Shown here: positions 49,208 to 61,643 of the stretch, in pieces
How the letters are laid out: each line of letters starts with the position of its first letter
Position numbering within the stretch: position 1 is the first letter of the stretch
DNA from: Squalus acanthias
Lineage: Eukaryota
NCBI GenBank assembly: GCA_030390025.1
Contig: CM059432.1
Coordinates: 32,676,001-32,740,000, forward strand
DNA: 64,000 bases
Direction of reading: 5' to 3'
Notes under the pieces: model-generated
Seen by the model: the letters and a program-made list of their open reading frames with translations, nothing else
Database searches by the model: none
What the model was told of the DNA's origin: nothing
Translations under genes and position numbers: made by a program

Positions 49208-51112
49208 ATGGCACAACGTGGCAGAGAGAGGGCTCCCAGATTTTTGGATGCAGCAATCAAGGCACTGGTGCAGGAGGTGGGCAGGAGAAAAGATCTCCTA
49301 TATCCACAGGGGGCCAGGAGGGCCTCCAGTCAGACGCTGAGAAGGGAATGGGAGCAGACAGCAGTCGCTGTCAATGCAAGCAGTGTAGCCCCAAGGATCT
49401 GGATGCAGTGCAGGAAGAAGTTTAAATGATCTCACACAAGTGGTCAAGGTCAGTGAATGCATCTTCAAATGCCATATCCCACAAACTGCACTACTAACCT
49501 CACACACTGCTCAATTCACCAAACCCCGAGTACTCACCTACCAACAATCTCTATCAATCACGACTCATACCGCACATTCATATGCTCCATCTCACCTTCA
49601 CACACTTACTACTGCTGCAAGCCTCGCAGCCACATTTCACAGCTTGCACACACTGCCAGCTAATCAACCATGACAGCCACATCAGCCAAACACATTGAAC
49701 CATACTCACTGACACACTTCCCTCTCTCTCTTGCAGGACATGACGGCACACAATCGTAGGCAGCGGAAGCTAACCGGAGGGGTACAGGCTCGCCTCCATA
49801 TACTGAGCCCACTCGAGGAGACAGTGCTCGGCATAATTGGAGTGGTTGTGACTGAGGCAGTGGCCAGTGATGGCGCTGAAAGCATTGAAGATGATGGTAT
49901 GCTCATACATAATCTTCCTTCGCACATTCCACTTCCTCCTCATCCCACAATCACTTCTGACTTACAAGCTGCAGATGGTGTGAGCATGCATCTCTTGCTT
50001 TCCCTCCCCCTCACCACAACCCTACCCTTGTGGCTTTCTCATTTCAGAGACCCAAGAAATCCAACCTGGCCAGGGAGTGGTGCAAGAGTAAGAGGAGAGT
50101 AATGAAGGAGGAACAATGTCACTCGATCTGACATTGCAGTAACCAGCTCCGATACTGGCACTGCGCGGACTTTAGAGGGTAGCTTAGAGGCGGGATCTGC
50201 ACGTGGGGAGTCACCGGGCATGAGTGGGCTGCAGCCAGGGCAGGGGGAATGGGTAGCGCAGGTGCTAGCTCCCCGGAGGGCGAAGTCGCACACGAGTTCT
50301 GCTGCGCAGGACTCAGATGAGGACTTCAATGGGGCGGCCTACAGATGAACGCTGATGGGTATGCACAATGAAATGCTTGGTGCATTGGCAGGCCTGCCAG
50401 AAAGCCTTAATGCAATGTCAAGGAACATGAAGGAGTCCAGCACCAACCTTGCACAGGACTTTGCGCATAGTGTGGAGCCCATCCTTTCCAGCGGGGAAGG
50501 GGTAGTCAGATCCATTAGCGCACTTGTGGACCCAACCATCATGCAGCGTCCGATAGTCGATGTCTCAGCTCCCATTGCAGCACAAGCAGAAGCCACCCAA
50601 TGGCTAAGTGCTGCAATGGAAGCTCAGACTGAAGTCATGCAAGCTCAGCTTGCAGCTTCGCAAGCACAGACTGCTGCTATCATGGCTGGGTTTACCAGTG
50701 TTGAAAGGGGCTTGCAGGGTGTCACAGTAGTCCAGCAATCTCCAGCAGATTACTAGGATTGCTGATGCGCCGTCCTGGGGAAGTGGCAGTGGCTCCGTGG
50801 AGGACGAACCTGTTGTCCTCTCTCAGGATGACAGCATTCGTCCTCCCACCACTGCCACTCTGTCAGTGGCCTTGCTGTTGCCTGTCAACCAGCCAGCCCA
50901 GACTGCTTCCGTTCATGCTGAGGTGGTGCAGTCTGACGCTGGGCCTACCAGGCCCAGAGCTGCTCAAGGTCATCCTGCAAGGTCATCTGCAGTCTCCCCG
51001 ACTGAAAGTCAGCAGCCATGCTGCAGCCACTGGGGTAGCACGGAATAGGAGCACTGGGACAGGCAAAGGCAAACTGAAGACAGGCACTAAGGGAATGCAC
51101 AAGGGTGATTAG
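49208..51112 (+). pseudogene. Harbinger Myb/SANT-like protein, 3 exons, frameshifted
   Basis: MAQRGRERAPRFLDAAIKALVQEV...WMQCRKKF (+1 frameshift) NDL, |gtcagt at 49449; exon 2 49737-49896 (AHNRRQRKLTGG); exon 3 from 50048 with stops. Confidence 0.82.
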
Positions 51113-51282
51113 TTGACTTTTGAATGAAATATTGTAATTGTTTAATTCATAAAATTGGTTTGGAATGTTTGTTTTGTGGTGGCTTTTATTTTAGCATTGT
51201 GGCCGAGAGAACGCTGTGATGATCAGTAACAGAGGGAAGTTAAGGTGTAGGACTATTGTTGAATGAGGAATTGGGGTTGCGT

Positions 51283-52140
51283 TCACTGGTACCGCAGTCG
51301 GATAATTCAATCACGGACAGCCCGAGCAGAAAGGAGTTGCCTCCTCCATTCCGCTTCCTCCTCCTCTTCCTCTGTTACATTACAACAGTGACTCCACTTC
51401 AAAAGTACTTCATTGGCTGTAAAGCGCTTTGAGATGTCTGGTGGTCGTGAAAAGCGCTATATAAATGCAAGTCTTTCTTTTTCTTTCTTTGCTCTTCTTC
51501 GAAATATTGCCATGGGATCTTTTATGTCCGCCTGAGAGAGCAGACAGGGCCTCGGTTTAATGTCTGATCCGAAAGAAGACACCTCCGACAGTGCAGCATT
51601 CCCTCAGTACGGCACTGGAATGTCAGCCTAGATTTTTGTGCTCAAGTTTCTGGAGTGGGACTTGAACCCACAACCTTCTGACTCAGATGCGAAAGTGCTA
51701 CCAACTGATCCACAGCGACATGTGTGCAGTTAATTGCACCATGGGGATACCTGCTATCCTGGTGAAGCTGCATGCTCACTCTGCCTGCTTCCCTTTCTTT
51801 CCTTGCATTTAGAGCCTCACTCACCTCCCTTAAACAGGAGTGGACGGCGAACTGGGAGATGTTACAGATGTTGCTGCTCCAGCCTGGAAGGAGCCCGACG
51901 CGAAGAAGTTCAAGTCTACGGTCACCTTTACAACCACTGGCAATGTCGTCCTCGCCCTGGACTGAGGCTGCAGGTCTACTTGCAGCAGGTGGCAGATTTC
52001 AGTGAGCACCTCCTTAGTAAAACGGAGACGCCGCAGACACTGTTCCTTGCTGAGGTTGAGGTAGAATTGCTCCCTGAAGACCCTGGTGGATATGGCCTCC
52101 TACTGAGAGCTCTTCTCCCCCTCCTCCTCCTGTTTCTTCC
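51283..52140 (-). pseudogene. Harbinger (HARBI1-like) DDE transposase remnant
   Basis: Manual translation: RRPYP-RVFREQFYLNLSKEQCLRRLRFTKE...LNFFASGSFQ...ISQFAVHSCLREVSEAL...GAINCTHVA; likely C-terminus RAVRD*IIRLRYQ near 51283-51325; the middle is replaced by SINE sequence. Confidence 0.85.
51373..51717. mobile_element. tRNA/Deu-type SINE pieces: 3' tail (+, 51373-51490) and head (-, 51491-51717)
   Basis: B-box-like ggttcaagtccc and A-box-like cagttggtagc on the minus strand; tail gcgctatataaatgcaagtctttc on the plus strand. Confidence 0.75.
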
Positions 52141-52141
52141 A

Positions 52142-52497
52142 CAGGAAACTCTCGTTTAAACGGCACCTAAATATCTGGAATTCTCTAATAACCGGCAGAA
52201 TTCATACTCCGAAAACTACGGTATACAGTCGTTTATAAGTTTTGTTTTACTGTTAAGTAATTAAAGAGTTATGGATTACCCTCAACTGGCATTACTGTAC
52301 TTAATCAAGCATCTTCCACCATCCATTTAACACAACATTCTGTCGGGGAGTACCCAATTATACTGCACATTTCTTGATTTTTTAAATTTTTGTTTGTTAA
52401 AAATAGCCTCGGTAGATATACCTCTCCGTTATCCGGAATTTTTAATCAACCGGCACCATCCCGGTCCCGTCGGTGCCGGATGCGAAAGAGTTTCCTG
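52142..52497. mobile_element. Tc1/mariner (pogo/Tigger-type) MITE
   Basis: CAGGAAACTCT...AGAGTTTCCTG TIRs; TA on the right; termini shared with 61311-61643. Confidence 0.8.
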
Positions 52498-53329
52498 TAG
52501 TAGCTTGTCCTGCTATGTGTCACCTCTGCGGTGGTAGGGAGTTAGAGATGGAAGTTGTCAGCGTACAATGTGGAAGCTGGAGATTATCTTTGCTCTCCAG
52601 AATGATCCTGGAATAGAAGGAAGTTTTGGAAGTGGGGCGTGAGACCTGCTTAATGAAGTCTAGCCAGATCTGGTGATGGATGGCAAAAGCAGCTGCGCAC
52701 CAGATATGCTCAAGTCTGTGCCCTTTGAGGGATTGAAGATGGGGGCCATACCAGGAGGAATGATTAGGATGGGAGAGAGTAAAGTTTTCACTGGTGACAA
52801 GGGAATCAAAGGTGGAGGTGAGGGGGTGGTTAAGTAAATCGACAGCTGCAGAAGTACTGTGTCAAAGGCTGCAGAAGAGGACGAAGACTGATAATTCACT
52901 ATGGTCATTAGCACAAGGATATCATTTGTGACTGTGGTGAGGGCTAATGCTAAAAACATATGTCTATGCCATGTAATTAATGGAGACAGAAAGCAGCCAC
53001 AGTTATTTTATCTCTGAAAATTACAATGCATCCTGCTTAATTTTTTTAAATGTGTTTTGCCTTGTTTTTCCTGCATCAACTGTGACTATTTCCTGGACAA
53101 GAGGGTGGGCAACAAAAACTAGCATCCATATAGGGCTTTTGATGCAGCAAAATGTACTGAGGCACCACATTTTAGCAGGAAACAACCTCAAACCTGAACA
53201 GGCGTAAGAAAGTGGAAAAGATCGGCATGAAAGAGGATTATTGAAGGTGAGGAGAGGTGCAGCATGATGCAATTAGGAAGAGAGGAAGAAAGAAAGAGGG
53301 AGAGATAGAAAGAGACCTGCATACCTTAG

Positions 53330-53332
<3 letters not shown>

Positions 53333-53393
<61 letters not shown>

Positions 53394-53405
53394 GGGGCGG
53401 GGGGG
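53333..53405. repeat. (GT)n microsatellite followed by poly-G
   Basis: Seen directly. Confidence 0.95.
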
Positions 53406-53704
53406 AAAGAGAGAGAAATCAAATCAACTAGGATTCCCAATCCTAATGACAATCCATTGACTGCTGGAAAGTTCACGTATAGAGGGCAAGCAGTAATCAG
53501 GTTTGTCCGTGATGCCTCTTGTGGTCGAATACACTATTGGTACTCCAAGATCACACAAAAAGGATGGGCACTTGGATGAAGTACTGAAGGGCTGTTGACA
53601 CCCATAGAACTGTACTCACAGCAATGCCTTCAGGAGAGATGGGGGAGAAATTCAGAAAGAACAATCTGAAGACTGACGATTTGGCCTTCAGTTTGGCCCT
53701 TCTT

Positions 53705-56700
53705 CTCTACAACAACAGCTTGCATTTATATAGCACCTTTAATGTAGCAAAACATCCCAAGGCGCTTAACAAGAGTAGTTTCAATAAAGATTTTTGACAC
53801 CAAGCCTCAGAAGGAGATATCAGGTCTAAGGACCAAAAGCTTGGTCAAAGAGGTAGGTTTTAAGGACCATCTTAAAGGAGGAGAGAGGTAGAGAGGCAAA
53901 GAGGTTTAGGGAGGAAATCCAGAGCTTAGGAACAGGAGTAGGCCATTTAGTCCCTCGTGTCTATTCCGTCATTCGATGAGAACATGGCTGATCTACGACC
54001 TAACTCCATATACCCGCCTTTGGTTAACAAAAATGTATTAATCTCAGATTTAAAATTAACAACCGATCTAGCATCAATTGCTGTGTGCGGAAGAGAGTTC
54101 CAAACTTCTACCACCCTTTGTGTGTAGAAGTGTTTCCTAATTTCACTCCTGAAAGGTCTGGCTCTAATTTTTAGACTATGCCCCCTAGTCCTAGACTCAC
54201 TAACCAGCGGAAATAGTTTCTCTCTATCTACCCTATCTGTTCCCCTTAATATCTTGAAAACTTCAATCAAATCACCCCTTAACCATCTAAAATCCAGGTT
54301 ATACAACCCTAATTTGTGTAATCTATCCTCGTAATTTAACCCCTGGAGTCTGGGTATCATTTTGATAAACCTACACTGCACCCTCTCCAAGGCCAATACA
54401 TCCTTCCTAAGGTGTGGTGCCCAGAACTGCTTACAGTACTCCAGGTATGGTCTAACCAGGACTTTGTATAGCTGTAGCATAACTTCTACCCCCTTGTATT
54501 CTAGTCCTCTAAATATAAAGGCCAGAATTCCAGTAGCCTTTTTGATTATTTTCTGTACCTTTTCATGACAATTTAATGATCTATGTACCTGGACCCACCC
54601 CCCACCCCACAAGTCTCTTTGGACCTCCACTGTTTTTAGCTTTTCACCATTTAGAAAGTACCCTGTTCTATCTTTTTTAGGTCCAAAGTGGATTACCTCA
54701 CATTTGCCTACACTGAAATCCAATTAGAGTACCTGTCCATTATCCCTATTCTCTGTCTCCTGCCGCTCAGCCAATTTCCTAACCAGGTCAATAATTTGCC
54801 TTCAATTCCTTGGGCTTCAACCTTAGTTAACAGTCTCTTATGAGGGATTCTTATCAAATGCCTTCTGAAAGTCCATATAAATAACATCTATAGACATTCC
54901 CCTGTCCACTACTTTGGTCACCTCTTCAAAAAATTCAATCAAATTCGTCAGGCATTACCTACAAATCCATGCTGGCTCTCTTTGATCAGCTGAAAATTTT
55001 CAAGGTGTTCAGTCACCCTAGCCTTAATTATAGACTCCCGACAACAGATGTTAGGCTAACTGGTCTATAATTCCCTGGTTTCCCTTCCTCACCATTGTTA
55101 AATAACTGAGTGGTATGTGCAATTTTTCCAATCTAAAGGAATGGTTCCTCAATTGAGAGAACTCTGGAAGATTATAGGTAGGACATCGGCAATGTGCTCA
55201 CCTACTTCTGTTAAAACCCTGGGATGGAAACCATCTGGTCCTGGGTATTTGTCACTCTTTAGTGCCATTATTTTCTTCATCACTGTTATCTTGGTTATGT
55301 TAATTTTGTTGAGTCCCTGTCTCTGATTCAATGGCCCTGAAATTCGCCTCTCCGGCTTGCCGCAGGGGTAAGGATCGCGCGCGCACTTACCTACCGCGCC
55401 TGCCGTTGTGTTTTGGGCCCACGGGAACTTCAGCTCCTGGGCCTGCTCCAAGTGCCGGCGCGCAGTGCTTGCGTGTCCCAGGGACGCAGTTAGTGCGATG
55501 CGTCCCCTGGGATCACGTGGGCCATGGAGAGCCAATGGCAGCAGACCATCTTTCATTCACAGATTTGACAGACCTGTCAAATGTATGAATTGAAATCGGC
55601 CCCAAAAGAACAGCTAAACTTAAAATAAATTTTTTTAAAAACCATCACATTTATAAAATAACTATAGTTAAATAAATTAACCACTTTAAACAAAAATTTA
55701 AATTTTTGAAAAAATTAAAATACTTTTTAACAGTGCTAAAAATAAACTTACCTTTCTTTAAAGTATCTGAAAAAGATAAACCTGTTGAAATTTTTTTTAA
55801 ATTATACTTAATTAACCACTTACCTTGTTGAAAACGGCTCCTGCGCCTCCTTTTTAAATGTGCAGGTTCTTCAATACTTACCCTCCCGTAGAAACCTGAA
55901 AAAACCCTAAGTTTGCTGCGTGCGCGCAGCCTCTACCGCGCACGCGGTTCACCTAGGAACCGCCCCCTTCACCAGACCGGAAGTTCCGGTTTCCATCGCA
56001 TGCGCAGTGCATGCAGGAAACCGGCACTTCGGGACGCCTTACGGGTGAGTACGCACTGTGTACTCACCCGGGAAGGGGCGAATTTTTGGCCCAATATTAG
56101 TTTCCTTGGGATTTCCAGCATGCTATCCTCTTCCTCTACTGTAAATATTGATGCAAAGTAATTATTCAACATGTCCGGCATTTCCTTATCATCTGTCGTT
56201 TTACCCATTAACAAATTTGCCCAGTTTATAGTGGACAGTCTCATCACATTGAAGTCAGCCTTACCTAAATCTAGAATCTTATGAGCTGTTTTGCGTTTCT
56301 CCTTTTGAAACACTGCGTTGAACTCGTTCATGTTATGATAGCTATTAGATAAATGTTCATGCACCGTTAGGCTGTTAACTAAATCTGGCTGATTACTCAT
56401 TACTAAATCTAATATGGCATGCCCCCTTGCTGGTTCCAAAACTCTGCTGCCCTTATCTTAACTCGCACCAACTCGGGGAAAGGCAGTTGAAAGCACGACC
56501 GCCAATTGTGGAGCGATTAAAATTGGGGATATACAAGATGCCAGAACTGGAGGAGTGCAGAGATCCCGAACGCTTGTAGGGCTGGAAGAAGTTGAAGAGA
56601 TAGAGATAGGCAAGGCTGGCCAGAAGAGCATTGGAATAGTCAAGTCTAGAGGTAACAAAGGCTTTCAGCAGATGAGCTGAGGCAGGGTCGGAGTCGGGCG

Positions 56701-56750
56701 ATGTTACAGAGGTGGAGGTAGACAGTCTTGGTGATGGAGCGGATATGTTA
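53705..56750 (-). mobile_element. L2 fragment (53705-53928 and ~56480-56750) split by a CR1 (53929-56437)
   Basis: L2: AFVTSRLDYSNALLA, STIGGRAF, matching 62900-62960 across the gap. CR1: ORF 53947-54723, PGPDGFHPRVL, LNNYFASIFT. Confidence 0.85.
55333..56092 (+). mobile_element. Harbinger-type MITE inside CR1
   Basis: TIR GGCCCTGAAATTCGCC / GGCGAATTTTTGGCCC; TSD AAT; homologous to 45845-46585. Confidence 0.88.
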
Positions 56751-59039
56751 TTAACATTTAAACTAATCACTGGAGCACACAAGGCTGCAATATGTATAAG
56801 TTCAAACTCAGAATTGGTTGCTCAGCAGGGAGAATAATCTTACTGGCTGAATTTCTTCAGCCTTATTGGCCTTGGGCATTAAACTTTCTTTTACACAATA
56901 CTTCATAGCAGCAACAAAGTACTCCAGAGCTACTGAACTGGCACTCTAAAGAAAGCAAGACTTGTGAGCATGAGATAAGTCACTAAGTTATAAAATAATG
57001 AATAAATTATCTTAAAACATCTCAGACTCAGCAATGTCTAAAATAAAATATACTCTTAAAAAAAATCCATCTTTGTAAGTTTTAAATTAATTATAGGAGT
57101 ATGTGGGAGCATTGTCGGTTGTAATTGAAGATAAATAGTAAGGCCTTTCAGCAAACCTCTGTTTTCAATTGCAGTTCATGATATAATCACAAGTTCATTA
57201 TTATGATGGACTTTTTTGGGGGGGGGGGGGGAGGGGGGAGGGTGGAGGAGAGAGAAGAATTGTTTAAAAAGCTACAACATGTGCCTAATGGCTGATTAGG
57301 TAGATGTACTGCATATCGTGGCAATGAGATATGCAAAGCAGGAAGATTCCAGGTTTGACTTCTGGCCTGTGTAGTTTGTTTTCCTGGATTGGTTCAGCAA
57401 GTGGAAATTGTGCAACTGACCTTAGCATCCCTGGGATAAGGACCGAGATGGGAAGTACTGATGACTACCTGGTGACCTGTTGTGTGTGAATGCCAGATTA
57501 GCACTCAGCTGTAGGCTCCGCCACACCCCCCCGCCAAAAAAATCGAAGTAGTCACCCAGGTTCACACATGAAAAACAGCCACGTAACCAAGGAAGCCAAG
57601 GGTTGCTGTTCCCATATATTCAGAACCCAGCCCATTATTGCCTTCAGGTCAGGAAGGGAGGAAGAAAAATTGGAGAAGGAAGCACATTTTAAAGTCTTTG
57701 ATGTCTGAGAACTTCAGTAGGATCAGAGGCAGCTGAGAGAGCAACTTTAATGGAGTTCTATATGTTTTTAATTAAAAACGCATGTTTTCTTCTCTGCCTA
57801 ACTGAAAAGTATTGGTGGTAGCACCAATGAACTTTCATCTCACATCGCAGTCTCTGACCGCACAGAGAGGTAATCACAACAGAGGAAGAATGTCAATTTG
57901 CCACTTATGTTGAACAATTAAAAATAGAGGACATTTGTGAAACCCGAAGCCCCCTCTTCTTCTGCCAATTTTCTTTCCAACATCCTGAAAGCTCTCAACT
58001 CCTTTACTGGGTATGGATTTAATTGCTGGCAGCCATCCTTCACTTAAGTGGATCATTATTTAGTTGTGAGCCGAGATAGCAGGTGTCAGGAGGGGAATCA
58101 ACCACAGAGAGGATCACAGCCCTGCCCAATTCTGTCCTCACCTAACATCTAAACAATAGAAACATAGAAAAATAGGAGCAGGAGTAGGCCATTCAGCCCT
58201 TCAAGCCTGCTCCGCCATTCAATATGATCATGGCTGATCCTCTATCTCAATACCATATTCCCACTCTCTCCCCATACCCCTTGATGCCACATCTAAAAAT
58301 GTCGACCAGATAAAAAGAGGCAGATATTGAGTTTGTGCAATTGGCGGCTGAGGAGATCGGCATGAGTTTGAGGAGAAAAACAAGGAAAGGGCATTCCAGT
58401 TAGAAATGTTGATATTGGAGGCATCAGAAGAAGGAGCAAGAGCAACGCAGGCAGGAAGAAGATAGAGAGCCAGATGAACAGTGAATTGCAGGAGGAAATG
58501 GACGGATGCTATTCAAGGCTGAAGGAGAAACTGCACCACCGTGTTCTCAAACTGGTAGAGACGCACGCATCAGCAGCAAGTTGAGTAAGTGGGGTCGCAG
58601 AACTTGAGGCCGACCATTTTATTCAATCAAATCTTATTCCAAATTTTAAACAAGGAAATAATACTGATAGTTTAATCTGGGCATTCAAATTGTTGGCCAG
58701 TTACAAGTGGGACAAAAATGAATTACATGCAAATATCTTTATCACAAATCTGTAATACTCTGATGCAAGATTTTTTTTCCATACCGCTCAGGACCACCCT
58801 GTGGTTTCCACACTCTTGTAGTTAAGTCTCTTTCTTTCTCTGGCCACAGGCTTTAGTATTTCTTTTGCCACTGAAATGCCCAGAATGCATCGAGAATCCC
58901 ATGTGGACATAAAATAATACTTACTTCTGTTACGGACTTGACCACATAACCGTTCTTTTGATACTCCCATTTCTGGGTTGAATGATCCACAAGAGAGTCA
59001 CAGCACAAAATAAAGTTTTCCTGGCTTTATTCGCAAGAT

Positions 59040-60040
59040 AATTACAGATGAAGGGGGGCATTTGGCTTATTTTAATTCATCCATCCATCCAGAATCTAAT
59101 GTCCTCCCACTGTAAGCATCCAATTGTTTCTTAAATGATTCTAGGGTTCTTGCCTCCACTGCTCTATCTGGAAGTTTATTCAACACGTTTATCATTCTTT
59201 GTGTGAAGAAGAATTTCTTGATATCAATCCTAAAATTACCTTTCACTATTTTTAACCAGAGTCTTGCAGTTTAATTTAAAGTACTAATCTGTGTTAGCTT
59301 TTTCCTATACCCTTAATAATCTTGTACATCTCTATAAGGTCACCTCTCAGATGCCTCCTTTCCAGGATGAAAAGTCCAAGTCGCTCCAGCATTTCCTTAA
59401 AACTCAGACTCCTGACACTGGGAATGAGCTTCGTGGCTCTTCGCTACCCTGTCTCCAGAGCTTGAATGTCTGCCATATTTCATGGTGACCAGAACTGGAC
59501 AGTGTTCAAGGTGCAGTTTGATCAATACCTCCGCTGATTTGTATTCTATTATTTTGGCTATGTAGTTCAACAGTCTATTGGCTTTGTTAATTGCTAATTT
59601 GCATTATTTGGACATGTTTAGTGTCGTCTTCTAAGACTCTAAGGTCTCTTTCAGCTTCACTCTTGGCTATTTCAACACCGTTCACGGAATATGCCCATCA
59701 CTTTTCCTTCCTATGGGTAGCACTTTACACTGTCAGCATTCAATTTAATCTTCCATTGCTCTGCCCACTTACATGTCCAACTCATTCTGTAATTTCTGAG
59801 CTGGCTCTTCCGATTTCACTCCCTTCTTTGTTTGCTATCATTTACAAATTTTTACTACTTTGCATCAAGCTTCTGAATTCAGGTCATTTGTGTAAATTAG
59901 AAACAGCAGTGTTTCCAGTACCAAGCCTTGAGGTAAGCCCACTCAGTACTTCCCCTCACTCCAACTTAAGTCCTATAATGAGTACTCATTATGTCCTACC
60001 CTTCAAGCAGTTTCTTATGCATTCCCAAGGTTTATCTTAA
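59040..60040 (-). mobile_element. Old, heavily degraded CR1 fragment
   Basis: Residual ccagaactggaca, catttacaaattt and tgtgtgaagaag motifs in CR1 order. Confidence 0.6.
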
Positions 60041-60072
60041 CACATTAGTACTGCATAGAGGTTAAAGACAAA

Positions 60073-60756
60073 GGGGGAAAAATTTGGCTGCTTTGCGTTT
60101 CCTGTTGGGGCATAAAGCAACTTGCGCCCCGGCGCGGCACCGCCAACGCCTCCCGCGAAATTCAGCGGGAGGTTAGTGGCGGCGCTAACCGTTAGCGCCC
60201 CGAAGCGCTGTGCCGCCGGCGATGATGTCATCGCCGTGTGCAGCACCCCGTTCTCGCCCCGGCCGCGATCTTTGGTAGCGCCCCCTGACTTACCGCCGGA
60301 TGCAATGTCCGACGGGGTCAGGGGGGCCTACCTGCGGCCGGGGCGGCGCTATTTAAAGGCGAGGTACCAGGCGGCCATTTTTGTTGCTGGCCACCTGCCG
60401 GCACCTGCCTCCACTCCCGTCCTCCTTACCTGCCCCCCGCGGAGTGCTGGCTGCGCTCCAAGAGCCTGGCACTTCTCGAGTGCCGGGCTCTTTTGCCGGC
60501 ACTCCCGATCCCCGGGGGCCCAGCTGGGCCCCGGGTCGCGCTGCGCAAGGCCCCTCCCCTTTAAGAAAGGGAGGAAGGCCTGCAATACTGCAGCGCGACA
60601 TTCCCTCGCAGCGCCCCAAAAGGGAAGCGGGGCGCTTCCAGTAGCACCCCGCTTCTCTCTGGGGTGCTACCGCTCAATTTCGGTCGTGGGGGGCGCTAAT
60701 TTTTCCGGGGCGCTAAAAGTAACGCCCCAAAGGGGGCGCAACTCAATTTTTCACCC
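60073..60756 (+). mobile_element. GC-rich Harbinger-type MITE (same family as 22610-23327)
   Basis: TIR GGGGGAAAAATT / AATTTTTCACCC; TSD AAA. Confidence 0.83.
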
Positions 60757-61083
60757 AAAATGCATCTCTCAAAAGCCAAACATATCTTAGACCTTTCCTA
60801 ACCTTAATTTTTACATTTATACAACACATAGTGTATAATTTATATTTATGCCTCTATATTGTGACAATATCATGGAATTTGTCCAACATGTCTTAATGTG
60901 ATACACTTCTTATGTGACATCTCAGATTACTTCCACCATTATTGACAGACTTGCAACCATTAGTACTTCACTCCAAGGTCAAAATTATTTTTCTGGATGC
61001 CACCATTACATGCTTTACTGAAATGTTAACAACTTCCCTACAGGAGATGTAATAGTCAAATAACTGAACACTGTAGCACTTAC

Positions 61084-61213
61084 CCAATCTGGTCTATCAC
61101 TCTGATCAGCGTGTTCTGGATTTGGATCAAGTGGGGGCACAGAGTAATCCTTTACAGGCGTTGTAAACTCCACAGGCCCTGTTCCTGGCAGAGGTAGCTT
61201 TAATAAGGGATAA
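61084..61213 (-). CDS. SCAP: SCAP coding exon (approx. human exon 3), start of luminal loop 1
   Basis: catag|T TAT CCC ... GAT TGG|gtaagt; YPLLKLPLPGTGPVEFTTPVKDYSVPPLDPNPEHADQSDRPDW; 130 nt. Confidence 0.96.
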
Positions 61214-61310
61214 CTATGATAAATCGAAACAAAAAACAATAAGTACAAACATCCCAGAAATGTAGTGTAAAATGCTTTTCAATTTTTTTCCCCCATCATC
61301 TTTATAACTA

Positions 61311-61643
61311 CAGGAAACTTTCGTTTATCCGGCACCCTAATATCCGGAATTCTCGCTTAACCGGCAAAAATCAGGTAAGTTTTATTATACAGACAAGACC
61401 CCGATTCTGACCTTTCGCCCCCACGAAAGGGGGGGTCAACGTTCTTCCGACTCCGACCTGTCGCCGCCACGGAGGAAAAAGCCGGAGTCTCGTTTACCTT
61501 CCCTCTCCGGGTCCCAATTGTTCAGCCTGTGGCCGTGTACGGGGCTCTCGTACCTTGGTAAGTATACCTCTCTGTAATCCGGCACTTTCGATCAACCGGC
61601 ACCACGCCGGTCCCGTCGGTGCCGGATAAACGAAAGTTTCCTG
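61311..61643. mobile_element. Tc1/mariner (pogo/Tigger-type) MITE, 333 bp
   Basis: Perfect 26-bp TIR CAGGAAACTTTCGTTTATCCGGCACC; TA TSD on both sides. Confidence 0.92.

Larger units (their letters stand above)
48894..52790. mobile_element. Decayed autonomous-type Harbinger: Myb/SANT gene (+) convergent with transposase (-)
   Basis: See the two pseudogene calls; right terminus not identified. Confidence 0.8.
9139..61213 (-). other. SCAP: SCAP gene, partial: span of 10 internal coding exons; gene extends past both window ends
   Basis: Ten exons with AG/GT boundaries and compatible phases (130,158,221,106,173,127,113,95,99,243 nt) join into one open frame with SCAP hallmarks: [67 protein letters not shown]. 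Confidence 0.98.

Noticed and set aside
51640..51717. tRNA gene
   Set aside because: A/B-box-like head of a SINE that continues into SINE body; no full cloverleaf.
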